NCBI GenBank assembly: GCA_049973735.1
Contig: JBMFJL010000011.1
Coordinates: forward strand, 1 to 12,604
DNA from: Nanopusillaceae archaeon
Lineage (GTDB): Archaea; Nanobdellota; Nanobdellia; Nanobdellales; Nanobdellaceae
Direction of reading: 5' to 3'
Length of the DNA stretch: 12,604 bases
Shown: positions 6,926-12,604 of the stretch, in pieces
How positions within the stretch are numbered: position 1 is the stretch's first letter
Layout: each line of letters begins with the position of its first letter
Made by a program: the position numbers and the translations under genes
The notes under the pieces: generated by a model
Seen by the model: the letters and a program-made list of their open reading frames with translations, nothing else
Databases searched by the model: none
Told to the model about the DNA's origin: nothing

Positions 6926-7823
6926 ATTCCTTTAATCCAACAATATTTTTACTATTATATGGATTAACATTTAGTTTTTTTGCTAAAGATAATGTAAATG
7001 TCCTTATAGAAAGTGTTCCTAAGACCAATTCTTCCAATAAAGTATTATATCTCAAATCAAAAACAAGAACATTATTTCCATATCTTTCCAGTAAATCTAT
7101 TAGATAATTTATTCTGTATTCTATCCTTTTATAGTAATTAAATCTTAATACAATAAAGTCTATATTTAGTTTACCTATACCTTCCAAGTCATGATGATTA
7201 TACTCTGATAATATTCCATATTGACAAAATAACTTATCATCTTCATTTATATGTGTTTTTAGACTAATTGCAACTGGTTCATGTAAAGAATCTGTATATA
7301 TCATTATTGGGTTTTTTATTTTTTCAGAGTAATGAGATAAATCTCTTATTTTTTCTTTATAATCTTTTAATGTATCTAATAGATTTTCATATTGCTTTTT
7401 ATCTAATATAGATAGTATTATACCTAGAAATATCGGAAATGAGTATCTTGTTGCCGGAAATATTTTTTCAACCTTTATATATTTTATATTTTTTTCTTTT
7501 GCTATTTTTTCCATCAGACCCCCTCCAGAAATAACTATAGTTTCTAAACCTTTTTTTATTGCTTCGTCCATTGCATTTAAAGTTTCTTCAGTATCTCCAG
7601 AATATGATATAAATATAGCTAACCAATCTTCATCCAAAAATTTAGGCAAAAAATAATCTTTTACTACAACTATTTCTCTATCCTTTAAGATAACTTTTGC
7701 ATAATCTCCATTTACACCAGATGCTCCCATTCCAGATATTATTATTTTTTTATATTTTAACTCGTCTAGATTAGAATATTCTTTTATTATACTATAGTAA
7801 TCAACGAAATATGGATCAAACAT
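6903..7823 (-). CDS. SIS-domain sugar-phosphate isomerase, most like the archaeal bifunctional phosphoglucose/phosphomannose isomerase (PGI/PMI)
   Basis: SIS motifs are present: IIISGMGASGVNG, IFISYSGDTEETLNAMDEAIKKGLETIVISGGG, and a C-terminal-domain SEYNHHDLEG segment (the E..NH motif of the PGI/PMI family). The length of 306 aa matches that family, which is known from Crenarchaeota and Thermoplasma. Confidence 0.72.
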   Translation of the reverse strand: MFDPYFVDYYSIIKEYSNLDELKYKKIIISGMGASGVNGDYAKVILKDREIVVVKDYFLPKFLDEDWLAIFISYSGDTEETLNAMDEAIKKGLETIVISGGGLMEKIAKEKNIKYIKVEKIFPATRYSFPIFLGIILSILDKKQYENLLDTLKDYKEKIRDLSHYSEKIKNPIMIYTDSLHEPVAISLKTHINEDDKLFCQYGILSEYNHHDLEGIGKLNIDFIVLRFNYYKRIEYRINYLIDLLERYGNNVLVFDLRYNTLLEELVLGTLSIRTFTLSLAKKLNVNPYNSKNIVGLKEFMKNIVG

Positions 7824-7854
7824 AAATTAAATTAAAACTTTGTATCATATAAAT

Positions 7855-8061
7855 CTATCCACCAGATACAGCATCTAATATTTTTATATAATCTCCATCT
7901 TCTATTTTATCATCTTCAACTACAATTTCTCCATTTTTTACAACAATAAATCTAGAAGAATTGAGATTCAGCATTTCCAATAGTTCTCTTACAGTTTCTC
8001 CTTTGAATTCTATCTCATTTTCCGTATTATATCTTTCAATGAATACTTTTATTTTCTTCAT
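7855..8061 (-). CDS. ThiS/MoaD-family beta-grasp protein ending in Gly-Gly (a sulfur carrier or small archaeal ubiquitin-like modifier)
   Basis: The protein is 68 aa. The sequence ...VVKNGEIVVEDDKIEDGDYIKILDAVSGG* has the family's NGE..V....l.DGD.i.il..vsGG C-terminal signature and a free diglycine at the terminus. Confidence 0.8.
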   Translation of the reverse strand: MKKIKVFIERYNTENEIEFKGETVRELLEMLNLNSSRFIVVKNGEIVVEDDKIEDGDYIKILDAVSGG

Positions 8062-8101
8062 ATATGATAATTTAAAAATCCTTTTATTAATTTAATCTAC
8101 T
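8062..8101. promoter_or_regulatory. 40-bp divergent intergenic region carrying two interleaved TATA-like boxes
   Basis: The sequence aatttaaaaat (8069-8079) is centred about 27 nt upstream of the ATG at 8102 on the + strand. The sequence cttttattaattta (8081-8094, read on the - strand as taaattaataaaag) is centred about 27 nt upstream of the ATG at 8061 on the - strand. Each box therefore lies nearer to the other gene. Confidence 0.4.
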
Positions 8102-8494
8102 ATGAATAAAAAGATTTTATATCTTTTATTAATTTTCTTTGGTGTATTTACTATAACATACATTTTATTAAAGAATTTATACGTAGAAAAGATGGAGTCT
8201 AGTAGTAATAAATTTTATACTAATCCATTCGATTACACAATAATTAACTTTTCAAATAATACTTTATCAATAAATGTTACAGACATATCTTTACCACAAA
8301 TATATACTAACCAATTAGTATTTAACATATCAAATAATTTTTATAAATTGAACTGTAAAGATGATATTATATATCCCGGAAATAGTACTATTTGTTATAT
8401 TTTCAATATAAATCAAAATAATTTATCCATAACTCAACTACAATATAATTATAGTGGAATATTATATGTAAAAACAAAGATAAATTTACCTTGA
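8102..8494 (+). CDS. Hypothetical N-terminally anchored, probably extracellular and N-glycosylated small protein (130 aa)
   Basis: The N-terminal signal-anchor is KKILYLLLIFFGVFTITYILL. The roughly 100-aa ectodomain contains 7 N-x-S/T sequons (NFS, NNT, NVT, NIS, NST, NLS, NYS) and two Cys with C-x12-C spacing. The 3' end overlaps the convergent ATPase gene by 9 nt. Confidence 0.55.
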   Translation: MNKKILYLLLIFFGVFTITYILLKNLYVEKMESSSNKFYTNPFDYTIINFSNNTLSINVTDISLPQIYTNQLVFNISNNFYKLNCKDDIIYPGNSTICYIFNINQNNLSITQLQYNYSGILYVKTKINLP

Positions 8495-10927
8495 AATTCC
8501 AATTTTTCCCAGTAATATTTTCAAATTATCATTTATAACAAATATAAAGAATAAACTATACAATGCTGCTATTAAAAAATAATTATAACTTATTGGAGTA
8601 ATTATGTATAAACCGTGTAAAGATATTATTGAAGAAAGTACTATTCCAAATAATGTGGAGATTAAAAAGATCTTTCCTGGCTTTGATTTATAGAATCTAT
8701 CGTTTTCTCTAAATATATAGGGCATTAGCAATCCGTAAAAAACTATTACAGTAAATAAAAATGTACGTAATACAGATATATCATTTATTTTCAATATTTC
8801 CAATGCTATATATAATAATAGCATCATTTCTAAAAATGTAAACATACTCATTATTCCAGCATATTTTATTAGCTTTAGTATATTCCATTTTTCAGGATAT
8901 TGAGATCCTCTTTGATTATCCATAGATATGGATATTGTCTGAAAATCTACTATTAAGAAAAATAGTAAAACGTGTACTGGAGATAAAACATATAATGGTT
9001 GATGATAAAATAATGAAAAAATTAAAAATGTCGACATTACAAATATTGAAGTTTCTATTGTTTTATTTATCTTAGTCAGTATCCAAGTAATAACCCTTTG
9101 ATAAACAGATCTTCCAATTTCTACTAAATTTATAATTTCTTTTAGATCTTCCATAGTCAATATAACGGATGCTGCAGATTTTGCTATATCTGTTGCATTA
9201 TGTACCGCAATCCCTACCTCTGCCTGTTTTAATGCTGGAGAGTCATTTATTCCATCTCCTGTCATTCCAACAATTTCTCCCTTTTCTTGTAATGCTTTTA
9301 CAATATAATATTTATCCTCTGGATATATTTCAGCAAATATTTCTGAATCATTTATTATTTCTCTTGCTTTTTCACTATTTTCTTTTAATAATTTTCTTAA
9401 TTCTTTTCCAGATATTATTTTATTTGGATCTAACCCTACTTGCCTTCCAATTTCTTTTGCAATTGGCAATGAATCTCCAGTCAACATTTTTACTCTAATT
9501 CCAAGTTCTTTTAATTTTTTTATTAATCTTGCTGCATCTTTTCTCGGTACATCGTATAAAGCAACCAGCCCAACAGGTATCCATTTGTTATTTTCATTTA
9601 TTGCAACCGCTAAAGTTCTATATCCTTTTTCAGCGAATTCACTCACCATTTTTCTTACATTTTCAGGAATATCTGCTTTGCATAATTCATTAAATATTGC
9701 ATCTATAGACCCTTTAGATATATAGAATACCTTGTTATTATGTAAAACTTTTGCCTCTGTTCTTCTAAGAGATGGATCAAACGGTTTAAATTCCAATATT
9801 TTATAATCTCTTCTATCTAAATTCATTTCCTTAGATTTATTTATAAAAGCCAAGTCTATTGGATCTTCATTGGCCTCCTCTGATGCCAAAGTTCCATATA
9901 AAATTACATCTGTCTCTCTATAATTATTCAATGGATAAATATTTGTAATTGTCAATCTATTATATGTTATTGTTCCTGTTTTATCTAAGCATAAAGTTGT
10001 CATTGATGCCGCATCTTCTATTGCAGATAACTTGGTGATTATTATTCCTTTTTTTGCCATTTCACGCGATCCTATTGCCATAGAAACTGTTAACATCGCA
10101 GGTAATGCAACCGGTATTGCAGAAAATAATAGAGAAATAATTAATGGAATTACATAGGATAAAAGAAAATCTAATGATGGATTATATAAATAGGATAAAA
10201 TTAATGTTATAGCAGCAAATACAGATACAAAAATTAATAGAGATAGTACAACCTTCATCGTTATTTCTTCTATATGTAACTTTGGTCTGGCTATAGATAC
10301 CAATTCTATAGTTTTACCAAAATATGTATTCTTACCAGTTCGATATACAATACAATTTGCTTCTCCTTTTTTTATTATTGATCCTGAATATACAACTTCT
10401 CCTTTTTTCTTATCAATAATTGAAGATTCTCCCGTTAACATTGATTGATCAACATTTAATACATCATCGGATATTATAATACAATCAGCAGGAGTAATAT
10501 CACCGGCTCTCAATCTTATTATATCTCCGGGAACTAAATATTTTGCTTCAATCAACCCCCATTTTCCCTCTCTTAATACTCTTGCCTGTATTTGTAACTT
10601 CTGTTTTAGCAATTCTAGAGCACTATTTGCCTTTTCTTCATATAGATATCCAATTAGTACATTGATAAATAATAAAGAAAAAGCAATTAGTGCATCTATA
10701 TAATCATGAACAATCATATATAATATAATAATAATTTCTAACATAATTGATGTAACTGATTTAAATTTTTTCAAAAATTTTAACAAATTATTTTCTTTCT
10801 TTTCCTCTATAGCATTATATCCATATTTATTTAATCTTCTTTCGACTTCTTCACTTGTTAAACCATAATTAATATCAACATTTAATTCATTAACTATTTT
10901 ATCTATATCAAAAAATTCTTTTTCCAT
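8486..10927 (-). CDS. P-type cation-transporting ATPase, most like the plasma-membrane (P3A) H+-ATPase type
   Basis: All the P-type signatures are present: TGES (MLTGESSIID), the phosphorylation site CLDKTGTITYN, KGS..AI, MLTGDSLPIAKEIG and GMTGDGINDSPALKQAEVGIAV. There are about 10 TM segments. The N-terminus GLTSEEVERRLNKYGYNAIEEKKENNLLKFL and the TM4 motif PVALPAMLTVSMAIG closely resemble P3A proton pumps. The subtype call is less certain than the family call. Confidence 0.92.
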   Translation of the reverse strand: MEKEFFDIDKIVNELNVDINYGLTSEEVERRLNKYGYNAIEEKKENNLLKFLKKFKSVTSIMLEIIIILYMIVHDYIDALIAFSLLFINVLIGYLYEEKANSALELLKQKLQIQARVLREGKWGLIEAKYLVPGDIIRLRAGDITPADCIIISDDVLNVDQSMLTGESSIIDKKKGEVVYSGSIIKKGEANCIVYRTGKNTYFGKTIELVSIARPKLHIEEITMKVVLSLLIFVSVFAAITLILSYLYNPSLDFLLSYVIPLIISLLFSAIPVALPAMLTVSMAIGSREMAKKGIIITKLSAIEDAASMTTLCLDKTGTITYNRLTITNIYPLNNYRETDVILYGTLASEEANEDPIDLAFINKSKEMNLDRRDYKILEFKPFDPSLRRTEAKVLHNNKVFYISKGSIDAIFNELCKADIPENVRKMVSEFAEKGYRTLAVAINENNKWIPVGLVALYDVPRKDAARLIKKLKELGIRVKMLTGDSLPIAKEIGRQVGLDPNKIISGKELRKLLKENSEKAREIINDSEIFAEIYPEDKYYIVKALQEKGEIVGMTGDGINDSPALKQAEVGIAVHNATDIAKSAASVILTMEDLKEIINLVEIGRSVYQRVITWILTKINKTIETSIFVMSTFLIFSLFYHQPLYVLSPVHVLLFFLIVDFQTISISMDNQRGSQYPEKWNILKLIKYAGIMSMFTFLEMMLLLYIALEILKINDISVLRTFLFTVIVFYGLLMPYIFRENDRFYKSKPGKIFLISTLFGIVLSSIISLHGLYIITPISYNYFLIAALYSLFFIFVINDNLKILLGKIGISR

Positions 10928-10966
10928 AATTTTATACTATACATTATAAGAAAATATAAATATAAG

Positions 10967-11050
10967 CGCCGCGGGTGGGATTCGAACCCACGCCCCCTTT
11001 CGGGGATCTGGTCTCCAGCCAGACCCCTTGGTCCGCTCGGGCACCGCGGC
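10967..11050 (-). tRNA. tRNA-Ser(GGA): tRNA-Ser, anticodon GGA, type II (long variable arm), no encoded CCA
   Basis: The reverse complement folds by hand as follows: acceptor GCCGCGG/CCGCGGC; D-arm CCC(G)-AGCGGACCA-(A)GGG; anticodon stem TCTGG/CCAGA with loop CT-GGA-GA; 15-nt variable arm TCCCCGAAAGGGGGC; T-arm GTGGG-TTCGAAT-CCCAC; discriminator G. The total is 84 nt. The bases after the discriminator are C then T, so CCA is not encoded. There is no intron. Confidence 0.93.
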
Positions 11051-11090
11051 AATATTAAATAAAATTTAATCTTATCTTAAAAAGTTTTCA

Positions 11091-11102
11091 AATTTTTATA
11101 TC
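11091..11102 (+). promoter_or_regulatory. Putative TATA box for the glycosyltransferase gene
   Basis: The sequence aatttttatatc is preceded by a purine-rich aaaaag and is centred about 29 nt upstream of the ATG at 11126. There is no Shine-Dalgarno sequence. Confidence 0.35.
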
Positions 11103-11125
11103 TCATTATACACAATAAATTAATC

Positions 11126-12205
11126 ATGAGTTATAGAGTATTAATTGAGTTTCCATGGAGATTTGTTGATTCTCAATATTATAGAAATTTAATACTATAT
11201 CCGCCAGAGAACATCTTTTATATAAATAAAATAAATAAGAATGTTGGATTGATAACAAATCCTAGAAGATTTCTTGTTTATCATAAAACAAAAGGGATTT
11301 TTAGATTTGCATTGAGTAAATCAAAAATATCTATACCTATATTGAAATTTAGAAGATATAAAAATGTTGACTTAGTCCATGGTGCAAGATGCATACCATT
11401 ATACAATAATAGTGTGATTGACGCCGAATATTATATCTCTCTTTTTTATAATTATGATAAACCTTTCAGCGATTCTATAATGCTTAAAATATTATCAAGA
11501 AAAAATATAAAGAAGATATTACCATGGACTTATGCCTCATATTATTCTTTTCCAGACAAAATAAGAAAAATCCTTAAGGAAAAATTTGAAGTAGTATATC
11601 CAGCAGTTCCCAGACCAAAAGTAAAAAAATTAAAACATGATAAACTAACTGTGCTTTTTATTGGTAGATATTTTTATGCTAAAGGAGGATTATATGCATT
11701 AAAATTGTTTGAAAAGTTAAAAAAAGAATATGATATAAGAACTATTCTAATATCTATGACTATACCAGATTCATTATATAATAAATATTCAAAAATAATA
11801 GAAATATATAAGTCTGTATCTTCAGAAAAATTATATGATGAAATTTATCCATCTACAGATATACTATTCTATCCTGGATTCTCAGACTCTTTTGGATTTG
11901 CATTTGTAGAAGCATTATCATATGGTATACCTATAATAACATATGACGGTTTTTCTAGAAGAGAAATAATTGAAGATGGTAAGGAAGGTTTTGTAATAGA
12001 TAAAATAGAAGATAAAAAAATAATGTTTAAAATAAATGAAAAGTTGTTCAATGAGTTTTATGAAAAAATAAAAGAATTAATAGATAATCCGTCATTACTA
12101 AAAGAATTTTCCAGAAATGCATATAAAAAATATGAAGAAAAGTTTTCTATAGAGGTCAGAAATAAAAAATTGAAAGAAATATATGAAGAAGCTATAGGAT
12201 ACTAA
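11126..12205 (+). CDS. Glycosyltransferase, GT-B fold, family 4 type (Glycos_transf_1 C-terminal domain)
   Basis: The C-terminal half, LTVLFIGRYFYAKGG...ILFYPGFSDSFGFAFVEALSYGIPIITYDGFSRREIIEDGKEGFVID, carries the E-x7-E region and the donor-binding pattern typical of retaining GT4 enzymes. The N-terminal acceptor domain is divergent. Confidence 0.85.
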   Translation: MSYRVLIEFPWRFVDSQYYRNLILYPPENIFYINKINKNVGLITNPRRFLVYHKTKGIFRFALSKSKISIPILKFRRYKNVDLVHGARCIPLYNNSVIDAEYYISLFYNYDKPFSDSIMLKILSRKNIKKILPWTYASYYSFPDKIRKILKEKFEVVYPAVPRPKVKKLKHDKLTVLFIGRYFYAKGGLYALKLFEKLKKEYDIRTILISMTIPDSLYNKYSKIIEIYKSVSSEKLYDEIYPSTDILFYPGFSDSFGFAFVEALSYGIPIITYDGFSRREIIEDGKEGFVIDKIEDKKIMFKINEKLFNEFYEKIKELIDNPSLLKEFSRNAYKKYEEKFSIEVRNKKLKEIYEEAIGY

Positions 12206-12336
12206 TCTTATTAAATAATAAAAGATTATTTGATTTCATTGAATTGTTATTAACAAAATTATCTATAGAAATAATAAATTCCAAGATACCAACTTTCCTT
12301 TTTAACTACTTTCATATTACATCCATTCCTTAAAAA

Positions 12337-12604
12337 TTAAGAAATTAATACTTGAGGGGATCCATGTATTTCAATTATATATTCTCTAGAATATTTTAAT
12401 ACATTATCTGGTAAACATAATAATGAATACTCACAACCTTCACAATCCATTTTTAATAAGTCAATATTTTCACCATTAAACATATCTATTATTTCTTTAA
12501 GGGTTATTGCCTCGACTCTTTCTTTGAATTTAGAGTCTTTCAATTTTACCATGTTAATTTCATCTACTGAATTTGCAATTGGATTAGAGTCTATTTTATT
12601 ATGG
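12337..12604 (-). CDS. FkbM-family (Methyltransf_21) methyltransferase, C-terminal part; the 5' end is outside the window and the 3' end may be interrupted by an in-frame stop
   Basis: The track ORF starts at an internal Met. The frame is open upstream to the window edge (...HNKIDSNPIANSVDEINMVKLKD...). The sequence VEAITLKEIIDMFNGENIDLLKMDCEGCEYSLL...EYIIEIHG matches the family's v..tLd.l.....idllKiDvEGaE..vL....i.vEvH core. See the finding on the TAA at 12337-12339. Confidence 0.7.
   Translation of the reverse strand, partial: HNKIDSNPIANSVDEINMVKLKDSKFKERVEAITLKEIIDMFNGENIDLLKMDCEGCEYSLLCLPDNVLKYSREYIIEIHGSPQVLIS

Noticed and set aside
7191-7207. C-box-like ATGATGA followed by CTGA, suggesting a C/D box sRNA
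   Set aside because: The two boxes are only 6 nt apart, too short for a guide. No C' box, second D box or terminal stem is present. The site also lies inside the PGI/PMI coding sequence.
9169-9498. 109-aa Leu/Phe/Gln-rich ORF antisense to the P-type ATPase gene
   Set aside because: It sits opposite the most conserved part of the ATPase (the GDGxND and TGD regions). The sequence is repetitive and low in complexity, as expected from the antisense of Lys/Glu/Ile codons.
10928-11125. Possible integrated-element boundary at the tRNA-Ser (att site or integrase)
   Set aside because: G+C-rich tRNA-like strings would stand out in this sequence, and none recur anywhere in the window. No integrase, transposase or other mobile-element gene is present.
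11869-12051. 60-aa ORF antisense to the glycosyltransferase gene
   Set aside because: It lies opposite the conserved E-x7-E region of the GT4 domain. I read it as a shadow ORF.
12259-12315. 18-codon ORF (MKVVKKESWYLGIYYFYR) in the GT/methyltransferase intergenic region, considered as an independent small gene
   Set aside because: It is in the same frame as the methyltransferase and contiguous with it across a single TAA. It resembles that family's C-terminus. I therefore treat it as a possible interrupted gene end (see findings), not a separate micro-protein.
1-12604. CRISPR arrays, long tandem repeats, additional G+C-rich islands indicating hidden structural RNAs, and origin-like repeat clusters
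   Set aside because: Scanning by eye, I found no regularly spaced repeats. The only G+C-rich patch outside coding sequence is the tRNA. The other G+C-richer patches (for example around 215-240, 4560-4620, 4760-4800 and 5490-5520) fall on Gly/Pro/Ala-rich conserved motifs of the oxidoreductase genes. This is an unaided visual scan, so short or degenerate repeats could have been missed.

Overview
This is a very AT-rich, tightly packed stretch that reads as an archaeal chromosome, with roughly a quarter G+C by eye. TATA-like boxes sit about 23-31 nt upstream of most start codons and I see no Shine-Dalgarno sequences, which suggests leaderless mRNAs. The single tRNA has almost all-G:C stems in this AT-rich background, which points to a (hyper)thermophile. 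I can support 14 protein-coding genes and 1 tRNA. The recognisable genes are housekeeping or energy-metabolism genes:
- a 5' fragment of a tungstopterin aldehyde:ferredoxin oxidoreductase (window edge, not in the ORF track)
- a gamma-alpha fused 2-oxoacid:ferredoxin oxidoreductase alpha subunit
- a single-domain EamA/DMT transporter
- an archaeal-type bifunctional PGI/PMI sugar isomerase
- a ThiS/MoaD-like beta-grasp protein ending in Gly-Gly
- a P3A-like P-type H+-ATPase
- tRNA-Ser(GGA)
- a GT4 glycosyltransferase
- a partial FkbM-type methyltransferase

I found no CRISPR array, transposase, integrase, att repeat or recognisable defence gene. The unexplained content is six ORFs with no family I can recognise. 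Four of them form a same-strand cluster at 1302-3887 encoding membrane, secreted and helical proteins. Two 130-aa N-anchored proteins (1302-1694 and 8102-8494) look like distant paralogues.

Other points worth a second look:
- the oxidoreductase alpha subunit has no adjacent beta subunit
- an in-frame TAA interrupts what looks like the natural C-terminus of the methyltransferase
- two divergent promoters are interleaved in a 40-bp gap
- an inverted repeat lies just upstream of the oxidoreductase promoter
- two convergent gene pairs overlap at their 3' ends

I cannot honestly claim a defined novel system. The orphan cluster is the best candidate, and it needs profile and structure searches that I cannot run.
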